A stretch of DNA of 64,000 nt, taken from positions 26,722,001-26,786,000 of the forward strand of contig NC_135251.1 of NCBI RefSeq assembly GCF_964204865.1, read 5' to 3'. The translations under genes and the position numbers were made by a program. Source of the DNA: Styela clava. Taxonomy: Eukaryota. Below the pieces are notes generated by a model that was not told the DNA's origin, ran no database searches, and worked only from the letters and a program-made list of their open reading frames with translations. Below, in pieces: positions 53,590-64,000 of this stretch. Positions within the stretch are counted from its first letter, which is position 1, and each line of letters starts with the position of its first letter.

Positions 53590-55430
53590 AATCTTCTTGT
53601 ACTTATTGTTGACTGCTTTTGCAAGTTGGCGTGTGCAACCCGCTAGTCTTCCCCTCAAGTTGTACGGTCCTGAGACAAAAGGTTTTACTGTCGACCCCAT
53701 TAACTCTATGTGGCTTTTGTGGTGATGATAAGTGACCCTTTAGGTCTTCTAACTCTATGACATAGGGCTCATATACATCCCTCCGTTCTTCTTCCGAAAT
53801 TATGGTATTTTCAGGTGAATTAAGTTCTGGTGGAAGGCTATCGCCTCAGCGTTCAACCTTTGCAATTCTTCTAGTACTTCGTTTGGCGTGCCTTCTTTCA
53901 GCGCATAATTTCTTATTGGTTCGTACGTTGTAACTAGTCTATTTGCTTCAAGCATGACGGATGATTTTCCTGCACTCCGTGCTTCATCGTGGAAGTCCAA
54001 GACTTGACCCCCTCGAGTCAAGGCTGAGGCTCTATCCTTCAGATTTGGCCCCCCTTTTGCTTGTTCGGATATCTGAACTTTTGCACTCCGTTCTTGGCCA
54101 GAAACTCTCGGTGAGTCTTTACATATTTTGGACTCTATACGTTGCCCTTCCGCGTCGGACCTCACAGAAGAGTCGTCGCGCTTAGTTTCTCCGACTGTCA
54201 CTATCAAATTACTCATCCGCGACAATGGGTTATTCATTTCTGTAGTTATCGATTGCAAGTTTTACACTTGTCGCAGCCATCCGAACCCTATTATATTTAG
54301 AGGAATCTCTTGCTCCGTGACCAAAGGAACTTCTAGCCCAGGGGTGGGCAACCGTTTTCGACTCGCGTGCCAAAATCGGCTAAATTTATCCACAAAATTC
54401 TTCCGCGTGCCGACCAAAATTAAAAACAATGCTTTGCTACTTCCAAAGCAAAAATACACAATAATAAACCTTTTAAACATGTACAGAGAGATTCTTAGAC
54501 AGACAAATATATTTGATTACTTTTCTTATTCTATATCAGTGAGACTTCTTTTGCTGCATTTCCGCTGATAGAGATTTTACATTGGATTTATATTTTGTAA
54601 CTTTCAAAGATATACACAAACTACTGGTTTCATCTTCCAGGCTACTCCTGTTACGAGACCTGATAAAGTTCATAACTGAGAACAAAGAGACAAGAAAATT
54701 TTCGGGAATGGCATCCCAATCACGCAATAGTCCGTTTTCTGCACTTCTCTCCTGCATTCCTTCCCTAACAGTTTGTATCGACAGCTGACTCATGCCATGT
54801 TTGGCACGTGTGCCAGGTGTTGCCCACCCCTGTTCTAGCCCATCCATATTTACTATCATTGGGGAATTTACTTGACAAGACCCGTCTATGCCCTTTAGGC
54901 TCATGGTAAGGGGTCGGCGGTCTTCCCAACTTTGCGGGTATGCCAGTTGTGCCGCTTCCATTGTCTTTAAATTTGGTACGTTACCGCCAGCAGCTAAAAT
55001 ATGGCTATTTATAATATAATAACTAATCTGGGCTGTTTCTGCATTGGGTGCAGCTTGTTGAGTGGGTTCCGAGTTCCAGTGCGACGTTTTTTTGCCAATA
55101 GGTTCTATCCTAGGTTTTTGATCTGTACCCAAAATATATCTTGCACAGGCTAGCTCCTTCCTCTAATGTTGGGGACCCTTGGGAGACGAGGTACTTATTC
55201 AACTCATTTACATCGCGTAACGAAGCCTACAGCGGGTTGTAACCGTTCAACAATCGAAACCACTTTTTCTCGCATTCTTGTAATAAATTATCAGGCAATT
55301 TTCTCATTCTTGACTTGATTACCCATTCTTCTCCATCATTTTTGCCCAATACATAGTCATTGATCCATAATATTGCTTTTACCACGCACTTAGTCGCGAT
55401 CTGCCATGGAATCTTGCACATGTAACACAC
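53590..55430 (-). mobile_element. Degenerate Ty3/Gypsy LTR-retrotransposon internal fragment (gag knuckle, protease, start of RT)
   Basis: CYMCKIPWQIATKC (Cx2Cx4[H>Q]x4C) near 55390-55430; retropepsin-like ETAQIS...LKGIDG...VPLV...NIIGFGWL; HIELMGSTVKPFVSGPYNL near 53650-53720 resembles the pre-RT HxIxL...P...PY motif. Confidence 0.7.
54339..54832 (-). mobile_element. hAT (GTF2IRD2/EPM2AIP1-like, Buster group) deletion derivative inserted into the Gypsy protease
   Basis: Perfect TIRs CAGGGGTGGGCAAC ... GTTGCCCACCCCTG; perfect TSD TTCTAGCC; transposase tail SLFSVMNFIRSRNRSSLEDE...MQQKKSH*. Confidence 0.92.
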
Positions 55431-55701
55431 TGATAGTGATTGGCCGTTACTGGTGTGATGTACAGCCCAAGCGGTGTGAAAATTTTAGTTTGCTCTAAAA
55501 ATTATATAGCCCACCTTTTTTATTTGCTATTATATAAGCTTCTTTAATACTGCGGGGTTGTTTCATGTATATTCAATTGTTTCTGCGGTGAACCGCGTTG
55601 CTGAGGATATGTTAGTGGCGATGTTTGCTGTGAGCTCGTACTCTGTGGAGATTATCGCAAAGGCGTAATTTGCCCTTCCCCATTTTTCTGGGTTTGTGGC
55701 C

Positions 55702-55941
55702 TTCCGGCAGAATTGACCTTAACATTGTTTTTGGACATAAAGTTTTTTTTATTGTTTAGATATAATGTATATGACATATATAATGATACCCAGGTGGGTG
55801 TGGAGTATATATTGTTGAGCAATTTTTTTTAAGTGAATTTAAAGTATTCGGTCTAAGATGACGCACATCCTGAACCCTAACCTGGCAAACATACAATGTT
55901 CAGGTTGTGCGCCATCTTGGTACGAATACTTCAGGAGCGCC
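55702..55941 (-). repeat. Dispersed repeat end related to the 11893 foldback family; diverged inverted copy at ~58226-58490
   Basis: GATGACGCACATCCTGAACCCTAACCTGG...GCGCCATCTTGGTACGAATACT...GGAGCGCC; reverse complement aligns with 58226-58490 (CCAAGATTGCGCACAACC, AAAAATTGCTCAA, ACTCCACACCCA, AAACTTTATGTC, CTGCCGGA). Confidence 0.65.
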
Positions 55942-57039
55942 TTTTTGTTAAAAAAATTATGCCATAGCTACATGGTTTAGTTTTGCATACATAGTAACAT
56001 TGAATCTCCTTACAATGTCAGAAATTCAATTTTAGTAGAATAAATGGTAGTTTATTTCACTAATACAAGCCAAGATCTATCGACCAGCATCTAGCCACTT
56101 TCTATTGCGCTCTTCAAACTACATTTGGCATTTCGTTTTCCTAGTTTAAGCTTAGGGACTTTTAGGGAAATATTTTATTAGTTGAATTGGATTGGAATAT
56201 TTGACCTCGTCTTTCACCCCGAACAAGGCCATGTGAAATCATCCACTGATATCTAAAGATGTGCAACGTGTTTTCTTTTGGAAGAATCGCAACCTTTCAG
56301 TGCTGCATTAACTTTGGCAAAATTTATATATTGACAATTGATCATATTTTTGTGGAGATAGAGGGTATGCGTATGCGAAACCGGGATGTGCACCTGTTAT
56401 GCCAACATAGTTGTACGTAGTAACGCGCACATGCATCGAGTTCCACTTGATTATTGAGCTATAAGTTTTTGACGAGCTTTTGTGTATGATTTCATTCCAT
56501 AGAATTTGTATGCTGTTCTAAAGAATACTAGTTTCAGCATTTTCATTCATTCAAACCGCGTGTTGAAAGTAAGTTTTGTAATATTGCGTGTTGGTTTCCA
56601 ACATCCTTAAATCGGTGATGCCAGTAAATCTTTAATACAAAAAGATCAGTAACATCTGCAATAAAAACAGCAGTACCCACTCAAATGACAACTGGGGGAT
56701 GGATACTCTTAGTATCTGCTCCATCGCGTGCCTCTTACAGTCTTACCATTGTACATGAGCGCCAATTGGTATCTAAGCCCCACTCAAGTTTCGGACTGCA
56801 GTTGGCGTGACGAAATGTTTTTAAATATATATTCTTATATGTCTTTTTCTATTGCACTATTCTTTACTGATATTCGATAATATGACGCCAATCTGACATA
56901 GTTCTTAAAGTGTGTAGATGGGTATAATCTTTTCCACGCTGTTCAGATGGGAATGCGCGAATATATAAGAATTGCTAATATTGGTTTGCAATGCGATGAA
57001 ATCCCATCTTGGCATTTCTGCCTCTCGCAATTGCTGCGT

Positions 57040-57480
57040 CTACTTATCGGGGAAGTTCTGTGGCGTGGTTATCAAATGAAAAAAAAAACATGAAAGTATT
57101 TTTACTACTTCTCTACTACTATCAAACCTTGACATTTTGTGAAAACTTTTTTCCATGCAACTTTTTTTTAAAACATCCCCAACAACCACAATTAATTCTG
57201 TTGTTGAACTTCCGAAACAAACACATAAAATCATCAACAGATGCATATCACCAAGTAGATATTGCTGAATTGATCTTTATTTTACTATTTTTCGTGTAAT
57301 TCTTTTTGGTAAACCTGTTATCTATTGTAAATACTACACATTTGACAATGTTGTAATGTGACTTTTTCGGCATCACATTTTTGATATTTGTAGTTAGAGC
57401 TCTTGGGGCTCTGTCAAACAAAGTTACATGCAAAATATTGGTTGTGAATTGCAAAACATGATCATGTTGTTGGAATAACT
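57040..57480 (-). mobile_element. Academ-like DNA transposase relic (heavily frameshifted)
   Basis: Stitching frames gives VVFTID(Q)QVYQK...NKDQFSNIYL..LGDMHLLM...GDVLK..LHGKKFSQNV, resembling the FTxDQQLY...RLGGMHxLM...GKKFPQNxRA motifs of this transposase group. Confidence 0.6.
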
Positions 57481-58011
57481 TGGCATTTTACCACCCGTAT
57501 ATCATTCATTGCTGAGAATATTAATAAAATCATAAAATTTAAAAATCCGTTTTCGTGAAATTTTTGTTGTAGCTGAATTCCAGGAACAGCATGACAACAG
57601 GCAAGAGAAGCACGGTCGCCTCTTTTAGTTGATGACAGGGTTTCTTAAAAGGGGACCCCGTCCTCCTTGGAGGCCGCTGATCGGTTATCTGGGGGCACGA
57701 ACAAACAGATGAAATGCGAACGTATAATAACAATGTATTTTTATAGAAGAGAAGAAGCAAAAGTGTTGAGAGTCTTTGGTAGTTTGAAAAGCATTGGCAT
57801 GGAACATAAGAACGAACTACAATTCTCGCTAACAAATAATTGACTGTTCTCCACCGAGTGTATATCCACTTGAACCACTGGCGACTGCATTAGCAGGCTT
57901 GTATTGTTAATTGAAACAAAAACGGGTATTTTGAAATATTACTCTTTATTTTACGCGTATGTTTCGACAGTATTTTCATATACTGTATATGGGTCGCGAC
58001 CCAAAGCTGGG

Positions 58012-58349
58012 CTCAACAAATACCTAAAAGTTATTGATTTTATTTCCTAGTAAATTTGGTGCTTGCGTAGTTTGTGCACAAAGATTGCGCACTACCTGGA
58101 CATAGTATTGTAACAGGTTATGGTTCAGGATGTGCGTCATTATAGTGCACATGTTTGACGAAAAACACTAATACAAATATCTCAATAAATACCTTAAAGT
58201 TATTGATTTTATTTCCTAGTAAATTTGGTGCTTGCGTAGTTTGCGCACCAAGATTGCGCACAACCTCAACATAGTATTGTAACAGGTTATGGTTCAGGTT
58301 GTGCGTCATTATGATGCACAGGTTTGACGAAAAACACTAATACAAATAT
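58012..58349 (+). repeat. Direct tandem duplication, 2 x ~169 bp
   Basis: CTCAA[C/T]AAATACCT...TTATTGATTTTATTTCCTAGTAAATTTGGTGCTTGCGTAG...ACACTAATACAAATAT occurs at 58012 and 58181. Confidence 0.9.
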
Positions 58350-58748
58350 CGAGCCGTAAAAAAATTGCTCAAGGCTGTAAACTCCACACCCATGTAGAAA
58401 TGATGGGCAATCACCCCAAGATGAATAATCACAAATAAACTTTATGTCTGAAATCAAACTTGGGGCAAAAAGGTCCCCTTATCTGCCGGACTATATAGAA
58501 CGATTCCGAATACAGTACCAAAGGCCGTTATAAACGAAGACTACTAAATGAATTCAAACCACAACGCTATAAAGGTAATGTAATCCTAAATTGCCATAAG
58601 AAATAAAATCCTAAACTGCTACCACCGGAAATGCAAACCTAAACATCTCGCTGAGCTTAGATGGACGATAATAAAATGAATACGTAAAACGATAACACGG
58701 GAAAGAGAAAAATGCGACACGTCGAATGCAAAAAAACAACAACACAGT

Positions 58749-58819
58749 AACGAGAATATCGGTTGGAAACTGAAGACTTATCGATCGATAGTTAGGGGTT
58801 ATTAAAATCGATAAGTAAT
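58749..58819. mobile_element. Minimal (~70 bp) internally deleted copy of the HINE at 52612-52916
   Basis: AACGAGAATATCGGTTGGAAACTGAAGACTTATCGATCGATAGTTAGGGG matches the reverse complement of ~52868-52916, followed directly by ATCGATAAGTAAT (the other end). Confidence 0.65.
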
Positions 58820-61800
58820 GATGACGACGAGTTAGCGATAATCATCCCGATGACGATATACAATAGAACGAGCCCGAACTAAACTAAAACTTAGACCACG
58901 CGGACTGCCGACATCCCCCTCTCCTTTTTGATTTAATTAAACACTGGTTGCTATAAATGTCTTTTTAAGTATGACATGTAAACACACAATACTTAGTCTC
59001 TTGATTGGAGACTTCCACGTGAGGACTGGTATTCTGGACTAGTGTTGTTTTTCAGGGATGCTTCAGTATCCTTGTTTCTAATTAATATTCATTGAATTAG
59101 TTAATTAGGATAGGGAACGACTAAGCTACTTGCAGCTTGCGTTTTTCCGAAGTGCTGTTCTTCCACGGCGATTTTCTTGACCTGGTGCAGTCTTTGTCCT
59201 ATCCCGTCTGCAGACATACAGCAACACTTCCGATGTTCACCGGTAAGTTGGTCACCGCCCCGTCTACGAAGGTCATCGCTCTTTGTCTACACCAACTCGA
59301 GTTTTAATTCTTATTTACTTTAATGGTTTAAACCTTGATACAATCAAACATTCCAATAAGTTTGGTTAATACACATAAGACACAATGTTACCAAACTAAT
59401 GTAAACATTTAATCTATTGAACCGTTGTCTACACAAAATTTTAAAACGCCACCTCGATCTCAAAAATAATACATTTATCAATCAATATTTACTAGAGGCC
59501 TCACTACTTATCACATATTATTTGACAAATGTCATGATATTAAATATTCGATATGCATGGAAATATCATTACACACAAAAGATATTTGGCATACGCTATA
59601 AAATACTGTGACAAAATCACATTGTTCATCGATGATAATGTTACCATAAAAACTTCAGACCTAACGCAGGTTATCGGTCCGGAATCAACCATAGACGTCA
59701 GGGCTCAATATCGGTGTTAATTTCTCAATAGAAACGCTTAATGTTGGACTAATGGTTGACTTGCGAAAATGAAATCTGTCATGACAATTGTCTCCAAAAC
59801 TATCCCAGTGGTGCCTTCATTTCTTTTTTCATGTGGTTTTCTCAGCTTAGTCATGTACCCGTCTATAGATTATGTATAAAACCTACAGGTAATTATTCCA
59901 CCCGTTTTTTTTTTCATTATTTTCTAGTATGTTAAGGTGCTGCGGGATTGGATTTTTATCACACGATTAATTTATTTTCAACTTCCTGCAAACTTTTTGG
60001 AATTACGAATTACATACAATTCTTTTCATCGGGTAGTCAAAACTGCACATTGGGAAACAATCATAATATATTTATTAACTTTATTTCATACGTTGCGGAA
60101 ATTTTGTGGCTATATTACAAGATAAAAATATCTGCTATTTCGTGAGAACGTCTGGTAATCAAAATTTCAAGTCCATCAAGTCATGGTCAATATAGTCTAC
60201 TTTATGTTTCTCCTTTCAGTAAAAAGATACCACGCAAAGTTGAATTTTTTTTTAAATTGAAACACATTTCACTGAGAAAGGAAAGCGCCGGGGAACCAAG
60301 GCGCGATATAAAGAATATCTAATTGAACATTTGTTCTAAAATATTGATTGTCGGAGTACTGTTAATATTGATGAGCGACGATTTGGGAAGTTTACCAACA
60401 AACATCGCGCATCACAAATTACTGTACATGAGATTAGCATTCGGCCTACTTAGAGGATAAGAGGGTATTCCCCGATAAAGCAGAATTACAAGAAGCAAAA
60501 ATGCTGAACTGGGTAAATTAATGAGAGAGCTAAAGTGCTTGGGTGGTTAGTTACCATTATTAACCGTGCTTTGTGTTATTAGTAAAGGAGGTGTATTAGA
60601 TGCCCCGCGTTAGAAAACACATGATGAAATATTTCAGAGAATAAGGTAATATAAACATATTGTAACATTTACAATACCGTTCTTTGTGACCTGGACGACA
60701 TCGACTACACACTAGATTTCTATTAACAGTTTAATAACGCGGTCTTTCAAGCCCCAAGTTTGTATCCTCAAAACCAGAAAATCACACAACTCGAAGTATA
60801 CAGTTCACACGGTTATCTTAATACAAACGTAAAAACAAATCAATACAAGGTACTTGAAATAATAAAAAAATAATCATACACAATTCGGCCTTTAGAAAGC
60901 CCACTCAAATTTATGAACACAATTAGCAGACATAGTTAATTAGCAAATGGAACCAAATTACTATTAAATAACTTGCAGCCTTCAAATCAGAAAAAAGTTA
61001 CATATTATAACATGCCGAATTTTTCTGCTATTCCAGGCTTAAATTATCATAAGTTGACCATGAAATCATTCGTCAAAGAAATCCGAACAAATCAATTAAA
61101 TAAACTGTAACAGTAAAAACAATCACAAATGCAAACTATTGCACATAAAATATCCTTAAACTAGGCCTATGTGGGGCAGCCATAATCTACATTATTCAAT
61201 AGTCCTACTGTCAAAACAGAAAGTCAAGGTCGCTGAACAATTTTAACTTACTTACAAATGACAACGAAACGAGCGCCATTCTCTGCAAAAGTGAAGCGCT
61301 ATATAAAGCAAATTACCGAAACTATTCCTGTCTAAGCGAGACATGCCTGGGAAAGCAATTACCCACGTAGACTCTCTCAATTGTTTCGTAATAGAGTGTG
61401 TAGAAGCACACAGTCAATCAAGGGAAATTACGGCGTCAACAATAACAAATAAATTACTACACAAGTTAAACGGACGCAATGTTTAAGTCAATACAAAAAT
61501 AAAGTGAATGCGATTCTCGATGTAATAATATAGCAGTAATCTGAATTAGGCCTACAAGTCAAATTGAAGGTCAATAGGTCGGGCAAAATACTGGCACGCT
61601 ACCGGAAATAATTATACAGATGAATGATACAGCAAAAATGTAATTGCTGTGATTTACTGAGGCAATGCTTTAAATTGCTACATATAGGAATATGTATCAC
61701 TATTGGTACTTGCAAAATTTACACCGACTGCATATGTAATTCATAGAGTTAACACACATTGGATAACGAACATTCATAACTTTAACACTCGTCAAATTTT

Positions 61801-61840
61801 AATATTTCTCTGAATTGTAGAAAATTATTATGGCATACAC

Positions 61841-62701
61841 CAGGTCTTCCCAAACTTTTGAGCTCGCGGCCCCTTTCAGTAAACTAAAATTTTTCGTGGA
61901 TCTTGTTCACGGCAATAATGCTAAACAGTTCGAAATATGCATTTTTTGAGATTTTTACTGATACATTAAATTTCACTACTATTAGGGCCTACCATATAAC
62001 AAAAATGAACACCTATTTACTCAGATTAACGTTACTCGAATGCTAGTGGGATGGGTGTGACTACTTTTTGCTGCATAGAAGGCCCAGTCGTTGCTCAATG
62101 TTCGTTAACTAATACAGGCATCAATGATAATGAATACGATGTCTGGCCACCGACGGCATGATTCAGATCCAGCATTGTTGCTCACTCTTAAAATTTAACA
62201 CAAAGCAGCAGACGTGCGACGCCAAATTATCAAGGAAAAACTCACTGGGCACCTACACGAAAAAATGCTGCCTTTGAATTAAACACACTTTTATCGTTGA
62301 TATGTACTTTATTTTAAAGCTCATAAACATGTAGGCCTGAAGAATAAAAAAAACTTCTCTTCCCTATCTCAGCCTGATTTTCATTTAATATGCTTTAAGA
62401 AATCACGCACTCTCGCTAAACTCGGTTCAGTGAACGAATAATAAACTGCAGCCTACGAAATTGCAGCAAGTAGGATTCACCTCTACTAGTGTAACATTGG
62501 ACGCTACGTAACAGAAAGTGAATAACACAGAAAAGTAAAATTAATTTCTTGATTCATACACATCATTTGCAATAGTAAGAAGCAATAAAACATTTGAAAT
62601 AAATAAAATATGTAAAATATTCAATTATATATTAGTTAATATTCAAAACAAATCTTATAATTTTAGAGCCACACTCGACAAATCGCCTTCGGTAACCGCT
62701 G
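61841..62701. mobile_element. Old non-autonomous hAT-like element (or two adjacent fragments)
   Basis: Left end CAGGTCTTCCCAAACTTTTGAGCTCGCGGCCCC; right end TTCGGTAACCGCTG; right part homologous to 38677-38900; TSD not convincing. Confidence 0.5.
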
Positions 62702-62904
62702 GCTTAGCGATAAAATCCGGCATTGTTTTGTAAGCACGCGCAAATTGGGATTACGGTCGGAATAGGCATTGTTAAGCATGCGCGATGATTCTATCGTGTT
62801 TCACCGGAAATAAGCCTTATCTTGAATTTTAAAAATGATTTTAATATAAGCCCTCGTTTTAAAATAAGAGCTAGTTGATAGCGCAAAACTTTTTCCGATT
62901 ATGT

Positions 62905-63791
62905 CAGGGTGAGAAACCTTTTTCGGCTCGCGCACCCAAATCAGCTAAATTTAATGACAAAATCCTTTCCCGTACGACCAAAATTAAAAACAATGCTTTG
63001 CTACTTTCAAAGCAAAAATACACAATTATAAACCTTTTAAACATGTACAGACAGCTTTACAATTAAAAAAAAAATATCAGTCAGACTTCTGCTGCTGCAT
63101 TACCGATGATAGAGATTTTACATTTTGTTTATATTTTGTAACTCTCAAAGAAATACACGAACTACTGGTTTCATCTTTCAGACTACTATTGCTACGAGAC
63201 TTGATAATGTTCATAACGGAGAACAGAGATTCACAAGCATATGTAGATGAAAACATGAAGAGTAAAGCAGTTGCAAAGTTTGTAAGACACGAAAAAGTTT
63301 CGGCAATGGCATCCAAATCACGCAATAGTCCGTTATCTGCACTTCTCTCTTCTATTTCCTTCCCTAATCGCTTATATTTCTTTCGAAATCAGTTTATAAC
63401 AGTGAGTTAGCAGGTAACTCTAACCAACATGAGCTGTTCAACTTCTTAAATCGAGAAGAAATGAAGAAAAGGGTGGTACAGACGAACTATATTACATAAG
63501 AATGCAACCAAAATATTGCTGCGTTCTTCTCGACAAATTTTCTCGAGAGCTCATTCATTTTTCCCCCCTATTATATTTCTGTGCAGCCATATGTCACGAA
63601 AGGGAAAAAAAAAGTTCAAATAAATAACGGATTGTTGACATACGATAATGAATAAACGAACACCTAGTTTCATCAGACAATTCATAGTTTTGAAACTTTA
63701 TATCTGAAGAAACATGATCTCATTTCCGAGGATTCGCTCGCGTGCCGAATAAATGGGCTCGCGTGCCAAGTGCCAGGGGTTGCCCGACCTA
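62905..63791 (-). mobile_element. hAT GTF2IRD2/EPM2AIP1-like element relic, same family as 54339-54832 but longer and more decayed
   Basis: Shares GACCAAAATTAAAAACAATGCTTTGCTACTT...; minus-strand ORF LLFMFSSTYACESLFSVMNIIKSRSNSSLKDE...QQQKSD; eroded TIRs CAGGGTGAGAAACC / GGTTGCCCGACCT. Confidence 0.85.
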
Positions 63792-64000
63792 GGCGATAGC
63801 AAAAATCTTTCCTAGTCTTTTTAATTAGTTAGTGAACCATGTTTAGTAGTTATTTTAAATAAAACCGTATAGGTCAGTGGAAATTAGTTTTCATTCTTTG
63901 TATATTTAAAAGTATCATAATTCTTTACTTCGCATTTTTATTTTGAAAAATGAAATGAAAGACACGCCCCAAAATAATTCCTAGTGTTATTTTTGAAACA

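Noticed and set aside
53154-53725. 156-aa and 105-aa overlapping ORFs as genes
   Set aside because: No recognisable domain; they straddle repeat fragments and the end of the Gypsy relic
54536-55132. 198-aa ORF, the longest in the window, as a novel gene
   Set aside because: Chance in-frame fusion of a Gypsy protease relic and a hAT insert bounded by a perfect TSD
58012-58349. Direct repeats as a CRISPR array or LTR pair
   Set aside because: Two abutting 169-bp units with no spacers or internal region; eukaryotic context
59300-61800. Possible gene or RNA in the distal AT-rich block
   Set aside because: No convincing exon chain, tRNA cloverleaf or rRNA similarity by eye; left unannotated

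Overview
AT-rich, intron-rich eukaryotic DNA from an invertebrate animal. An ascidian/tunicate-like genome is my guess from composition and repeat types; I cannot verify it. Positions ~270-51250 hold a head-to-tail (+ strand) tandem array of M28B metallopeptidase genes (glutamate carboxypeptidase II / NAALADase / PSMA / NAALADL1 family, type II membrane proteins). The array comprises the last two exons of an upstream copy, two intact near-identical 15-exon genes (A 5493-11807 and B 15942-22220, 739 aa each), several truncated or pseudogenised copies, and a divergent intact 15-exon gene (E 42071-51248, 745 aa). The truncated copies sit in a ~10 kb tandem segmental duplication (19942-30241 / 30242-38173) that also carries a decayed Ras-like GTPase exon. 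All intact copies keep the di-zinc ligands and catalytic Glu but lack the GCPII arginine patch, and the substrate-pocket positions differ between paralogs. Spacers, introns and the last 13 kb are a transposon graveyard: many hAT MITEs/relics with 8-bp TSDs (three of them nested), a mariner relic, a Kolobok-like long-TIR element, Helentron/HINE-like elements, foldback elements, a Gypsy gag-protease-RT relic and an Academ-like transposase relic. No rRNA, tRNA, CRISPR or prokaryotic system was seen, and I found no convincing wholly new biological system. The best leads are the diversifying peptidase array and its rearrangements. Family assignments come from motif recall, not database searches.
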